A stretch of 64,000 nucleotides of DNA, taken from positions 1-64,000 of the IMG/VR virus record IMGVR_UViG_3300001605_000002. One strand, given 5' to 3'. Below the pieces are notes generated by a model. It was not told where the DNA came from and ran no database searches. It saw nothing but the letters and a program-made list of their open reading frames with translations. Position numbers and translations under genes: made by a program. Below are positions 16,942 to 27,478 of this stretch, in pieces. Origin of the DNA: an uncultured virus (IMG/VR IMGVR_UViG_3300001605_000002) (lineage: Duplodnaviria > Heunggongvirae > Uroviricota > Caudoviricetes). Within the stretch, counting starts at the first letter, position 1, and every line of letters starts with the position of its first letter.

Positions 16942-18616
16942 AAATCAACTATAAGAACCCGGACTATGCGGCGATCTACAAGCACCGCACGAAGACGCTC
17001 AAGCGCCTGCGCGAAAAGCCCGAGCTCCTCCCGGGGGTGAAGGACTACTACCGGGCGAACCCGGCCGACTTCATCTCCGATTGGGGCGTGACGAGCGACC
17101 CCCGCCTGGTCGAGCGCGGTCTCCCGTCGATGGTCCCGTTCGTCCTGTGGGCGAAGCAACGCGCCTGGGTCCAGTGGGTCATAAGGCGATGGCACGCGCA
17201 GAAGCCCGGTCTTTCGGAGAAGAGCCGCGATTGGGGCTTGTCCTGGCTCTCGGTCGCTCTCGGCGCGACGCTCTGCCTGTTCTACGAGGGCCTGAACATA
17301 AGCTACGGCTCGCGCAAGGAGGAGTACGTCGACAAGATAGGCCACCCGAAGGCGCTCTTCCCGAAGGCCCGTCAGTTCGTCGACAATCTCCCGGCCGAGT
17401 TTCGCGGGACGTTCGAGTCCTGGCGCGACGCGCCCCACATGCGACTGACCTTCCCCGACACCGGCTCGACGATGACCGGCGAGGCGGGCGATCAAATCGG
17501 CCGCGGCGACCGCGCGTCCATCGCGTTCGTCGACGAGAGCGCCTACCTCGCCCGGCCGATGCTCGTCGAGCATTCGCTCTCGCAGACGACGAACTGCCGC
17601 ATGGACATCTCGTCGGTCAACCGGGATGAACAACCCGTTCGCGCAGAAGCGCCACAACAAGAAGCTCGTCGCCGACCCCGAGTTCGTCTTCATCTGCGAT
17701 TGGCGGGACGACCCGCGCAAGGACGACGCCTGGTACGCGAAGCAGGTCGACGAGCTCGACCCGGTCACGGTCGCCCAGGAAATCGACCGCGACTATTCGG
17801 GCGTCGGTCGAGGGCATCGTCATCCCGGGCGCGTGGGTCCGCTCGTCGATCGATGCGGCGGAGCTCCTCGGCATCGCGGTGTCCGGCCGCTTCGCGCTCG
17901 CGCTCGACGTCGCCGATGAGGGCGTCGACAAGAACGCGATGTGCGGCGGTCAGGGCGTCGAGATAAGCGTCGCCGAGGAATGGTCCGGCCGAGGCTCGGA
18001 CACGTTCTACACCGTCCAGCGGGCGTTCGATATTTGCGATGAGTACGGCATTGAGCGGTTCCGGTACGATAGCGACGGCGTCGGCGCCTTGGTCCGGGGC
18101 GACGCCCGGGTCATCAACGAGCAGCGGACGAAGGCCGGCCGCAAGACGATAGCCGTCGAGGCCTATCGCGGTTCGGCCGCCGTCTTCGAGCCGCAGGGCG
18201 AGGACGTCAAGGGCCGCAAGAACGAGGACTACTTCGAGAACCGGAAGGCCCAGGATTGGTGGGTGCTCCGCCGCGCGTTCCAGCGGACCTATCGGTGGGT
18301 CGAGGCACTCAAGGCCTCGGTCAAGACCGGACAGCCCATCGACCCGGCGAAGGTCTGCTCGCCCGACGAGATAATCTCCATCTCCTCGAAGATGCCGAAC
18401 TACCTGCAGCTCGTCGCCGAGCTCAGTCAGCCGACCTACAAGATCAACGGCGCGGGCAAAATCGTGGTAGACAAATCGCCGGACGGGATGCGAAGCCCGA
18501 ACCTGGCCGACGGCGTCATGATGCGGCGGGCGCGCGGCGAGGCCGGGCTTCACATCAGCGACGAGCTCCTCAAAAGGTCGGCGATGGGCGTCATGCGGAA
18601 AAGGAGACGGCGGTGA
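16938..18616 (+). CDS. terminase large subunit (two apparent indels near 17625 and 17805)
   Basis: EKSRDWGLSW Walker A variant, FVDESA Walker B, DWRDDPRK, QEID, LDVADEGVD nuclease and RSPNLAD, spread over three frames. Confidence 0.92.
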
Positions 18617-20319
18617 AAAATCGAGAGAAGCGCAAGGCGAAGAAGAAGGCCGCCCGCCAGGAGCAAGAGGTCTTCGACCGTCTGTTCGCGCAGTTCGAGG
18701 AGAAGCGGAAGGCCCTCGCTCCGCCGAAGGACCAGCGCATCAAGATCAGCGACGGGATCATCGCCCGGTCGCGCCGGAAGCGCCGCAAGTCGTTCCAGAA
18801 CTGGTTCGAGGCCGCCAAGCCGAAGCCCGGGGTCCTGCCCGAGGGCGACGAGGACGCGCTCCTCGCGATGGACGAGCAAATCGTCGACTCCATCGCGTGG
18901 GCGTCGCAGGCGCTCTATAACGGCGCGTTTTGGGAGGGGACGACCTTCCTCGGCTACGCCTACCTCTCGGAGCTCGCGCAGCGGACCGAGTTCCGGCGGG
19001 TCTCCGAGGTCATCGCGACCGAAATGACCCGGAAGTGGATCACGCTCCAGGCGACGGGCAAGACCGACAAGACCGAGAAGATCAAGCTGCTCAACGAGGC
19101 GATTGAGAAGTTCAAGGTCCAGGACCGCTTCCGGGAAATCGCCGAGCACGACGGGTTCTTCGGCCGGTCGCACCTTTACCTCGACGTCGGGCCCGAGGGC
19201 GTCGTCGACGACCGGGACGAGCTCAAGCAATCCATCGGCTCGGGCCGGGCCGACGACGAGCGAACGAAGCTCAAGGTCGGGAAGGGCTCGCTCCGCTATC
19301 TCAAGGTCGTCGAGCCGGTCTGGTGCTACCCGTCGACCTACAACTCGAACGATCCGCTCAAGACGACCTGGTACAATCCGGAGACGTGGTTCGTTCAGGG
19401 GAAGGAGGTCCACGTCTCGCGCCTGCTGACGTTCGTCGGCCGCGAGGTCCCCGACCTGCTCAAGCCGGCCTATGCGTTCGGCGGCCTCTCGCTCTCGCAG
19501 ATGGTCAAGCCCTACGTCGACAATTGGCTCGAGACCCGCCAGTCGGTCTCGAATCTCATCTCGTCGTTCTCGGTCCCCATCCTCTCGACCGACATGAGCG
19601 CATGGCTCGAGAATCAGGGCCTCGAGCTCTTCAAGCGCGCAGAGTTGTTCAACAACATGCGCGACAACGAGAACATGATGCTCCTCGACAAGAACAAGGA
19701 GGACTTCAAGAACGTAACGACCCCGCTCACGTCGCTCGACCTCCTCCAAGCTCAGTCGCAAGAGCACATGGCGTCGGCTTGCGGCATTCCGCTCGTCAAG
19801 CTCCTCGGCATCTCGCCGGCGGGCCTTAACGCGACGGCCGAGCCCGAGATCCGGGTCTTCTACGACAACATCGCGGCGTTCCAGCAGAAGCTCTTCAAGG
19901 ACAAGCTCACGCGGGTCATCAACTTCATCCAGCTATCGGAGTTCGGGGTCATCGACCCGGAAATCGGCTTCGTGTTCGAGCCGCTCTGGTCGCTCGACGA
20001 GAAGGGCGAGGCCGAGGTCGAGAAAATCCGCGCCGAGACCGACGCGATCTACGTCGACGCGGCGGCCATCGGGCCCGAGGACGTCCGTCGGCGGCTCGCC
20101 GGGACGCCGAGCTCGCCCTATCACGGGCTCGACCCGACCGACCTTCCCGAGCAGACCGACGAGACGGCCGACCTCGGCGGCGAGGCCGACGACTTCTCGG
20201 ACCTCGAGCCCGGTCCGGGCCCGGGCGGAAAGCCGCCGCCGAAGCCCGCACTCGAGAAGCCGGCCGCGCGCGTTCGGCCCCCGGCCGCAAAGAGTAAACC
20301 GCCGAGGATGGCCGCATGA
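18613..20319 (+). CDS. portal protein (DUF1073 / HI1409 family)
   Basis: FLGYAYLSELAQR, EMTRKW, HDGFFG, LKPAYAFGGLSLSQ, IPLVKLLGISPAGLNAT; follows TerL. Confidence 0.9.
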   Translation: MKNREKRKAKKKAARQEQEVFDRLFAQFEEKRKALAPPKDQRIKISDGIIARSRRKRRKSFQNWFEAAKPKPGVLPEGDEDALLAMDEQIVDSIAWASQALYNGAFWEGTTFLGYAYLSELAQRTEFRRVSEVIATEMTRKWITLQATGKTDKTEKIKLLNEAIEKFKVQDRFREIAEHDGFFGRSHLYLDVGPEGVVDDRDELKQSIGSGRADDERTKLKVGKGSLRYLKVVEPVWCYPSTYNSNDPLKTTWYNPETWFVQGKEVHVSRLLTFVGREVPDLLKPAYAFGGLSLSQMVKPYVDNWLETRQSVSNLISSFSVPILSTDMSAWLENQGLELFKRAELFNNMRDNENMMLLDKNKEDFKNVTTPLTSLDLLQAQSQEHMASACGIPLVKLLGISPAGLNATAEPEIRVFYDNIAAFQQKLFKDKLTRVINFIQLSEFGVIDPEIGFVFEPLWSLDEKGEAEVEKIRAETDAIYVDAAAIGPEDVRRRLAGTPSSPYHGLDPTDLPEQTDETADLGGEADDFSDLEPGPGPGGKPPPKPALEKPAARVRPPAAKSKPPRMAA

Positions 20320-21287
20320 TGAGGCGGCGGCCCCGCGAGAAGACGCTTCGCGCGGTGCATCCGAACGCCGGCATCGAGGCGGCGTACCGCGCGCGCATCG
20401 AGAAGCTCGTCAACGAGATGGCCCGCTCGGTCGAGTATTGGGTCGGGGCGGCCTACCGCGCGAACCTCCCGGCGATCGCGCAGGACGCCATCGCGCCGAC
20501 CATCGAGATTGAGGTCCGCGAGCAGATCAACGCCGCCGGCAAGACCGAGTGGATTGCCTACGTCGACGGCGACCCGCTCCGGACGAACACGGGGCGGCCT
20601 CGCAAGTTCAAGACCCAGGCGGCGGCCCTCCGCAACGCGAAGATCGAGCTCGGCCAACACGTCCCGGTCGAGGACCTCCAAGAGGCGGTCAACGAGCTCG
20701 CGGTCCGATGGCAGGCGAAGTTCGACGCGATGGCGCCGGCGCTCGCCGAATACTTCTCGACCCAGGTCTACGAGCGGACCGACGCCGCGCTGCGCAAGGC
20801 GCTCAAGGACGGGGGCATCTCGGTTCAATTCCAGATGACCCCCGCGATGGAGAACGTCCTCGGCTCGACCATCGAGGCGAACGTCGGGCTCATCAGGTCC
20901 ATCCCGCAGCAATACCTCACGAACGTCCAGGGCGCGGTCATGCGCTCGATTCAGTCGGGCCGCGACCTGGGCCCGCTCGTCGAGTACCTCGAGAACCAGC
21001 ACGGGGTCACGAAGCGCCGGGCGGCGTTCATCGCGCTCGACCAGAACAACAAGGCGACGTCGGCGATGACCCGCGCGCGCCAGGACGAAATCGGAGTGAC
21101 CGAGGCCTATTGGCGACACTCGGGCGGCGGCAAGCACCCGCGGCCGAAGCACGTCGCGGCGAACGGGACGAAGTACGACGTAAAGAAGGGCCTTCCCATC
21201 GGCGACAAGGGGCAATGGGTCTTCCCGGGCGAGGAGCCGAACTGCCGGTGCATCTCTGTGTCGATCATTCCGGGATTCCCGTCGTGA
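20316..21287 (+). CDS. minor head morphogenesis protein (MuF / SPP1 gp7)
   Basis: NVGLIRSIP, RAAFIALDQNNKA, W.HS.GGKHPRPKH, PGEEPNCRC. Confidence 0.9.
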   Translation: MMRRRPREKTLRAVHPNAGIEAAYRARIEKLVNEMARSVEYWVGAAYRANLPAIAQDAIAPTIEIEVREQINAAGKTEWIAYVDGDPLRTNTGRPRKFKTQAAALRNAKIELGQHVPVEDLQEAVNELAVRWQAKFDAMAPALAEYFSTQVYERTDAALRKALKDGGISVQFQMTPAMENVLGSTIEANVGLIRSIPQQYLTNVQGAVMRSIQSGRDLGPLVEYLENQHGVTKRRAAFIALDQNNKATSAMTRARQDEIGVTEAYWRHSGGGKHPRPKHVAANGTKYDVKKGLPIGDKGQWVFPGEEPNCRCISVSIIPGFPS

Positions 21288-21484
21288 CCATCACCCACGC
21301 CGAGGTCGTCATCGCGCCGAACGGGTATTTCAAGGCCCGGGCCGAGGCCGTCGGCGCCAACCTCGAGGAGCTCGTCGCCTACGGCGAGGGAACGCTCGAG
21401 CCGGAGCGCGCGAAGCAAATCCAGGAGGCGCTCTTCGCGGCGGCGAACCGCCTCACGCTCACGCCCTGTTATCATTCCTGCTGA
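21284..21484 (+). CDS. small hypothetical protein
   Basis: GTG start overlapping the MuF stop. Confidence 0.45.
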   Translation: MTITHAEVVIAPNGYFKARAEAVGANLEELVAYGEGTLEPERAKQIQEALFAAANRLTLTPCYHSC

Positions 21485-21559
21485 ACGACAGGTGACGGCG
21501 TCCGGATTCGGTGTTATGCGGAGTCAACAGGGGTAAGAACCAGGACGAGGACCGCCACC

Positions 21560-22270
21560 ATGCTCAACGCCGACCAGAAGCCTACCGACCAAGCCACCAC
21601 CGCACCCGCCGTCGACGAGAGCCTTCACGACGCGCCGCTCGACCAGAAGCTAGCCGCAACCGACGAGAAGGCCGCCGAGGCCTCCGAACAGCCGACCGCC
21701 GAGCAGCTCCAAGCTCCGGACGCGGCCGCCGCCTCCGCGACCGACGCCAACCCGAACCCGGCGCAACCCGAGCTCGACCACGCCGCGCTCGTCGAGGACG
21801 GCAAGCAGCCCGACCCGAACGCGAAGGTCACGGCGGTCGACGACGATGGTGGCCCGAAGGCCCCGTTCGTTCCGCCGGCGCAAGCCGCCTCTCCCGACCA
21901 GGTCGTCGGCAAGGGCGCGCCCGAGGCGACCTCTGGCGCGGCCGCCGCAACGGCCGACCAGCCGGGCTCGCTCGAAGAGCGGATGGCTACCCTCGAGAAG
22001 CGGGTCGCGACCGCCCTCGACGAAAACCAGCAGACGCTTCACGACCTGCGCAACTGGCTCCAGAACGAGATGACGGATTTGCGCGGCACGCTCCAGGAGC
22101 GCCACGAGAACTATCTCAGCGAGTTCGGCCGCGACCAGGAGAGCATCGAGGCGGAGGCCGACGCCGCCGAGACCGCCGAGCGGCCGCACGTCGAAGACCG
22201 GCTCGCCAAGCTCGAGGAGACGCTCGCGCGAATCGAGCCGCTCCTCGGCAAGCTCAAGCACTTCGCCTAA
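21560..22270 (+). CDS. acidic low-complexity / coiled-coil protein
   Basis: 236 aa, Ala/Asp/Glu/Pro-rich; GAGGA RBS. Confidence 0.7.
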   Translation: MLNADQKPTDQATTAPAVDESLHDAPLDQKLAATDEKAAEASEQPTAEQLQAPDAAAASATDANPNPAQPELDHAALVEDGKQPDPNAKVTAVDDDGGPKAPFVPPAQAASPDQVVGKGAPEATSGAAAATADQPGSLEERMATLEKRVATALDENQQTLHDLRNWLQNEMTDLRGTLQERHENYLSEFGRDQESIEAEADAAETAERPHVEDRLAKLEETLARIEPLLGKLKHFA

Positions 22271-22290
22271 ACCAAAAGAGGACGTCGACG

Positions 22291-22734
22291 ATGAACCGAA
22301 CCCGCGCTTCGCTCCTCGCCGGCGTCCTCGCCTTCGCTCTCGCCTTCCCGACCGGCGGCCGCGCGCAGCCGGTCTCGGCCGCGCAATACTTCGGGGCGAC
22401 GCCCGTCACCGCGTCGGCGACCGGGACGACCGCCGCGACGACCGCGACCATCGCGGCGGTACCGGGCAAGACCGCGTTCCTCTGCGGGTTCTCAATCAGG
22501 TCGAACGCGACCGCCGCCGCCACCGGCGACGCGACGGTCACCGGGGTCGTCACCGGGACGCTCCACTTCAATCATTTCACCGCGCCGGTCGCCTCGGGCG
22601 TCGGCGTGACCGAGCCGCCGGTCGGTGCCGATTGCATCCCGGCATCCGCGCAGAACGTCGCCATCGCGGTCGTCTCGCCGGCTCCAGGCTCGGGCGGCGT
22701 CGTCTCGGTCTCGGCCTGGGGTTACTACCGCTAA
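22291..22734 (+). CDS. putative exported beta-rich protein
   Basis: Signal-like MNRTRASLLAGVLAFALAFPTGGRA-Q; Thr/Ala/Gly-rich mature part ending in WGYYR. Confidence 0.7.
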   Translation: MNRTRASLLAGVLAFALAFPTGGRAQPVSAAQYFGATPVTASATGTTAATTATIAAVPGKTAFLCGFSIRSNATAAATGDATVTGVVTGTLHFNHFTAPVASGVGVTEPPVGADCIPASAQNVAIAVVSPAPGSGGVVSVSAWGYYR

Positions 22735-22744
22735 AGGTCTCCGG

Positions 22745-23035
22745 ATGGCCCAAGTCAGCGCAAAGCTTCGACGCGCCGAGGGCCGGTTCTTTCATTGGTG
22801 CCCGGGCTGCGCGAACATGCACCCGCTTCCCGACGCCGGCTGGACGTTCAACAGCGACCTCGAGAAGCCGACGTTCGAGCCGAGCTTCAAGCAAATCCTC
22901 GACAGCCGCGGCCGGGTTTGCCATTACATCATCACCGATGGCGTCCTGAACTTCTGCGGCGACTCGTGGCACGACCTAAAGGGCAAGGCCGTTCCACTTC
23001 CCGACCTTCCTCTGCCAGCGCGAGACGTCTCGTGA
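22745..23035 (+). CDS. DUF6527-like Cys/His protein
   Basis: WCPGC..H, WTFN.DLEKPTF.PS, CHY.ITDG...FCGDS.H.L.GK.VPLPD. Confidence 0.7.
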   Translation: MAQVSAKLRRAEGRFFHWCPGCANMHPLPDAGWTFNSDLEKPTFEPSFKQILDSRGRVCHYIITDGVLNFCGDSWHDLKGKAVPLPDLPLPARDVS

Positions 23036-23382
23036 GCGTTGCCAACGTCGAGTTTCTGAACATCGCCGGCGCGCCGGTCGCCGAGGGCGAGAAACCCGCC
23101 CGGTTCTCTTTCCGTTGCGTCGGACACAATCGCGGCAAGGACGTCCGGCTCCCGGGCACGAAGTGCGAGAACCTCCTCCTCGCCGAGGGCCCGCACACGG
23201 CCGCTCACGGAATCAAGCGCGACCCTCAAGGCCAGAACGGCGGCCGCCCTCAATGGGATTGGGACGGCAACCGCGAGAACCCGACGCTCTCTCCGTCGAT
23301 CAATTGCGAGGGCCATTGCGGCTGGCACGGCTACGTTCGCGGGGGACGATGCGTCGAGGTCAACGGGACGGACTCGCGATGA
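23032..23382 (+). CDS. second DUF6527-like protein
   Basis: WDWDGNRENPTLSPSINC..CGWHGYVRGG. Confidence 0.65.
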   Translation: MSVANVEFLNIAGAPVAEGEKPARFSFRCVGHNRGKDVRLPGTKCENLLLAEGPHTAAHGIKRDPQGQNGGRPQWDWDGNRENPTLSPSINCEGHCGWHGYVRGGRCVEVNGTDSR

Positions 23383-25394
23383 CCGTCCAGGCCGCCGGCA
23401 TCGCGCTCAAGGCCCCCGACGGCCGGATCCTGTTCTTGCGTCGCTCGGGGACGGGCGACCACGCCGGCGAGTGGTGCTTCCCCGGTGGCGGCGTCGAGCC
23501 GACCGACCAGAACTCGCGCCAGGCCGCGCGCCGCGAACTCTTTGAGGAGACCGGCCTCCAGAGCTTGGGGTCCTTGCATCTACTCGACCGCTCGACCTCG
23601 AGCGAGGGCGTCGACTTCTCGACGTTCGTCGAGGCGACCGACGAGGCGCGCGACCCGAAGTTGAACGACGAGCACGACGCGTTCGTATGGGCCGACGCAA
23701 AAAATCTGCCGAAACCTCTACACCCCGGCGTCGAAGCCGTGCTATCGAACGAAAAGATGCAGACCCAGGTCGCCATCCTCGCCCAAGACCGCGCCGGCCG
23801 CGTGCCGGGAGTGACGCTTCTCGGCGGCTATGAGAAGGTCGCGCTCGCCCTCGACGAAAAGGTCATCAAGCTCGCGTTCGACCGGGCCCCCGAGGATTCG
23901 GTCCGGGACAAGAGCAAGGACGGCCACCTTCACATCAGCAAGGCGCACATCAGCAAGGCGGACGTGAACCCCTACGTCGGCCGCGAGATTCCGCGCTGGA
24001 AGCAACTCGGGCTCGACCCCGACAAGGTCTACATGCTCCTCCGCGACCCGGAGGAGATGGCGAAGGCCGTCGACACGTTCAACCGCCTACCGATTCTCAA
24101 GAAGCACGTCCCGGTGACGTCGAAGAAGCACCCGCACGAACTCGTGGTCGGCGCGACCGGCTCCGACGCGGCCTTCGACGGCGGCTATCTCGACAACAGC
24201 TTGGCGGTTTGGGAAGAGGGAGCCATCGGCGACGTCGAGGCCGACCGGAAGCGTCAGCTCTCGTCCGCGTACCATTACGATGCGGAGATGACTCCCGGAG
24301 AATTTAATGGTACGCGTTTTGACGGCAGAATGCGCAACATCGTCGGCAACCACGTTGCCTTAGTTAGCGAAGGACGAGCCGGTGATGACGTCATCGTCGG
24401 CGACAGCAAGGGAAACCTCAAAATGGCCACCAAGAAAATCGTTCTCAGCCGCCTCGCTGCCGTTGCGGTCGGCGCGCTCGCCGCTCACCTGGCACCGAAG
24501 CTCGCGCAGGACGCGAAGTTCGGAATCGCCGAGTTGACCCCGCTCTTCAAGGGCATCACTCCCAAGAATTTCAAGACCAAGAGCGCCGGCATAATCGCCG
24601 AGCTCACGAAGGCGACCGAAGACCTCTTGGCGCAGGACGCGTCGATTGAGGACCTGGGCGCGCTCCTCGATACGCTCGGCTCGGCCGAGGTCGCCGAGGC
24701 CAAGGACGCCGACCCGGCGGCCGCCACCGCCACCACCGCTCCGGTCGTCGAGACCGACGACACGGCCATCGACGCGGACCCCGTCGCGAAGATCATGGAG
24801 TTCTGCAAGGGCAAGCTCTCGCCCGAGGACATGGCCGCGCTCGAGACCCTGACCTCCGCCGGCATCGCGGGCGACGAGGAAGACGACGACGCCGCGAAGG
24901 CCGCCAAGGAGAAGGCGGCGAAGGAAAAAATCGCCAAGGACGAGAAGGACAAGGAAAACATGATCACGAAGCCGGCGATGGACGCGGCCCTCAAAAAGAC
25001 CCGCGAAGACGTCAAGGCCGAGATGCGCGCCGAGAACGCCGCGCTTAACGAGGCCCTCAAAATCGCGAAGCCCTACGTCGGCGACATCGCGATCGCGATG
25101 GACAGCGCGCAGGCGGTCTACGAGCACACGCTCAAGGCGATCAAGCCCGACCTCGACCTGACCGACGTTCACCCGTCGGCCTACAAGGCCATTCTCACGG
25201 CCATCCCGGTCCCCGGCGCCGAGAAGGGCCGGAGCAAGTCGCCGCGCATCGCGATGGACGCGAAGGCCGGTCAAGGGCTTCGCCGAACGCTTCCCGGGCA
25301 CCGAGAACATCAGCATCGGCTAACGGCCCCAGGCGCGTCGCAACGAAACGGTTCAACAGGAGACGATCATGAGCAACTTTCAGAGCCAGGTTAA
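23379..25394 (+). CDS. NUDIX hydrolase fused to DUF2213 prohead protease/scaffold (true stop probably 25323 after an indel)
   Basis: Nudix box GGGVEPTDQNSRQAARRELFEETGL; DUF2213 motifs ISKADVNPY.G.EIP, QLSSAY, RNIVGNHVALV.EGRAG; charged scaffold C-terminus. Confidence 0.85.
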   Translation: MTVQAAGIALKAPDGRILFLRRSGTGDHAGEWCFPGGGVEPTDQNSRQAARRELFEETGLQSLGSLHLLDRSTSSEGVDFSTFVEATDEARDPKLNDEHDAFVWADAKNLPKPLHPGVEAVLSNEKMQTQVAILAQDRAGRVPGVTLLGGYEKVALALDEKVIKLAFDRAPEDSVRDKSKDGHLHISKAHISKADVNPYVGREIPRWKQLGLDPDKVYMLLRDPEEMAKAVDTFNRLPILKKHVPVTSKKHPHELVVGATGSDAAFDGGYLDNSLAVWEEGAIGDVEADRKRQLSSAYHYDAEMTPGEFNGTRFDGRMRNIVGNHVALVSEGRAGDDVIVGDSKGNLKMATKKIVLSRLAAVAVGALAAHLAPKLAQDAKFGIAELTPLFKGITPKNFKTKSAGIIAELTKATEDLLAQDASIEDLGALLDTLGSAEVAEAKDADPAAATATTAPVVETDDTAIDADPVAKIMEFCKGKLSPEDMAALETLTSAGIAGDEEDDDAAKAAKEKAAKEKIAKDEKDKENMITKPAMDAALKKTREDVKAEMRAENAALNEALKIAKPYVGDIAIAMDSAQAVYEHTLKAIKPDLDLTDVHPSAYKAILTAIPVPGAEKGRSKSPRIAMDAKAGQGLRRTLPGHREHQHRLTAPGASQRNGSTGDDHEQLSEPG

Positions 25395-26307
25395 CGTCCA
25401 GCCTGCGCGCGGCGTAGCCGGCGACTTCTGCGACGCCAACCCGCGCGCCACCGTCAACGCGGGCCCCGGCGGTCTCGTCTCCGGTACCGCGCTCTACGCC
25501 GGCCGCTTCGCCTGGCTCTCGGCCTCTCAGGTCGACGGCGACGGCGCGCCCGCCGTAGCCAACTCGTTCGGCTCGGGCCCGGTCGTCGGCTTCCTGCACC
25601 GCGACCAGCAGGCGCTCATCACCGGCTTCCTCGAGGCCTCGACCATGAAGATGCTGCCGGGCACCGGCATCACGCTCTTCGAGGCGGGCGGCTTCTGGGT
25701 CGTCAACGACGGCGCGGCCGCCGCCGTCCCGGGCATGAAGGCCTACGCGAACTTCGCCGACGGCAAGATCACGTTCGCCGCGACCGGCTCTCCGGCCGCC
25801 GGCGGCGCGGCCACCGGCTCCATCGCGGCCGGTGCCGGCTCGCTCACCGGCTCCATCGCCGGCGACGTCCTCACCATCACCGCCGTCGGCTCCGGCACGC
25901 TCCCGGTCGGCGCGACCATCTCGGGCTCGGGCGTCGTCTCGGGCACGACCATCCTCGCGCAGCTCTCCGGCACGGCCGAGGGCGTCGGCACCTACCGGGT
26001 CAGCATCCCGCAGACGGTCGCCTCGACGACCATCACCGCGGCGTTCGGCATCTTTACCGCCGCCTCGGCGCTCACCGGCACGTTCGTCGTCGGCGACGTC
26101 CTGGCGGGTTCGGGCGTCGACGCCGGGACCTACATCACGGCCTTCCGGACCGGCACCGGCGGCCTCGGTACCTACATCGTCAACAGCGCGACCGTCGTGA
26201 ACAGCACGGCGATCACGTCCTCGAGCAACGTCGAGACCAAGTGGGTCTGCCGGTCGCCCGGCCTCAATGGCGAGCTCGTCAAGATGTCGTCCTGGCTGCA
26301 GGGCTAA
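25369..26307 (+). CDS. head decoration/cement protein
   Basis: FQSQVN.QPA.GVAGDF..ANPR N-terminus and VETKW...GELVKMSSW C-terminus; lies between protease and MCP. Confidence 0.8.
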   Translation: MSNFQSQVNVQPARGVAGDFCDANPRATVNAGPGGLVSGTALYAGRFAWLSASQVDGDGAPAVANSFGSGPVVGFLHRDQQALITGFLEASTMKMLPGTGITLFEAGGFWVVNDGAAAAVPGMKAYANFADGKITFAATGSPAAGGAATGSIAAGAGSLTGSIAGDVLTITAVGSGTLPVGATISGSGVVSGTTILAQLSGTAEGVGTYRVSIPQTVASTTITAAFGIFTAASALTGTFVVGDVLAGSGVDAGTYITAFRTGTGGLGTYIVNSATVVNSTAITSSSNVETKWVCRSPGLNGELVKMSSWLQG

Positions 26308-26354
26308 TCGGAACCGCGCGCAGCGCCGCACAAAAAGGGTAAGGAGCTACGATC

Positions 26355-27469
26355 ATGAAGAGCTATCAGGAAGCGGTTCGCGACTTCGAGCAGGACCGCA
26401 ATCAGCTCGTGNCCCTCGGCATCGTCCTGCCGTCGGTGCGGTCCTACACCCCGCAGCACTTCAAGCGGGACTTCGAGGGCGCGATGGACGAGATGGGCAT
26501 GGCGATCGGACGCCCTGCCGACGCTCACCACCGACCCGAACGCGGGCGTACCCCGCGATCCTGACCACCATGATCGACCCCACGATCATCCGGGTCCTGT
26601 TCTCCCCGAACAAGGCCGCGATGATCGTCGGCGAGCAGAAGAAGGGGACCTGGGTCGACGACACGATCCTCTTCCCCATCGTCGAGAACACGGGCGAGGT
26701 CTCGAGCTACGGCGACTACTCGAACAACGGCTCGACGAACGCGAACACGAACTGGCCCGCTCGCCAGAACTACATCTACCAGACCATCAAGCAGTACGGC
26801 GAGCGCGAGCTCGAGCGTGCGGGCCTCGCCAAGATCAATTGGGTCGGCGAGCTCGACATGTCGGCCGCCACCGTCATGCACAAGTACGAGAACCTGACCT
26901 ACTTCTTCGGGGTGGCCGGGCTCCAGAACTACGGCCTGTTGAACGACCCAGGCCTCTCGGCGGCGCTCACGCCGGCGCTCAAGGGCTACGGCGGCGTCAA
27001 GTGGATCAACAACGGCGTCATCGTCGCGACGGCGAACGAAATCTATCTCGACATCGAGTCGCTCTTCCTCCAGCTCGTCAATCAGTCGGGCGGCCTCATC
27101 GAGGCGACCGACAAGATCGTCTTGGCTATGTCGCCGGGCTCGGCCGTCGCCCTGACCGCGACGAACTCGTTCAACGTCAACGTCAACGACCTGCTCAAGA
27201 AGAACTTCCCGAACATCGAGATCATCACCGCCGTCCAGTACGGCGCGCTCTCGAGCTCGAACCCGCAGGGCGTCGCCGCCGGCAACTTCATTCAGATGAT
27301 CGCGCCGACGGTCGAAGGCCAGCAGACGGCGTTCGCCGCGTACTCCGAGAAGATGCGCGCTCACGCCATCGTCAAGGAGCTCTCGGCCTTCAAGCAGAAG
27401 GTCTCGGGCGGCTCCTGGGGCACGGTCATCCGCCAGCCGTTTGCCATCTCGGCGATGGTCGGCGTATAA
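26355..27469 (+). CDS. major capsid protein (DUF2184 family; N and indels near the 5' end)
   Basis: GEQKKGTW, GEVSSYGDY, YFFGVAGLQNYGLLNDP, EKMRAH, FAISAMVGV. Confidence 0.9.
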
Positions 27470-27478
27470 GCAAGGAAT

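Noticed and set aside
16938..18616. Terminase large subunit split over three frames (possible intron, recoding or pseudogene)
   Set aside because: No inserted sequence and no slippery site; single-base indels restore a normal TerL, and similar breaks plus Ns occur throughout, so sequencing error is most likely.
18613..20319. DUF1073 protein as an anti-CBASS Acb1 nuclease
   Set aside because: Position and motifs indicate the portal; no 2H-phosphoesterase HxT/HxS pair is evident in a separate domain.
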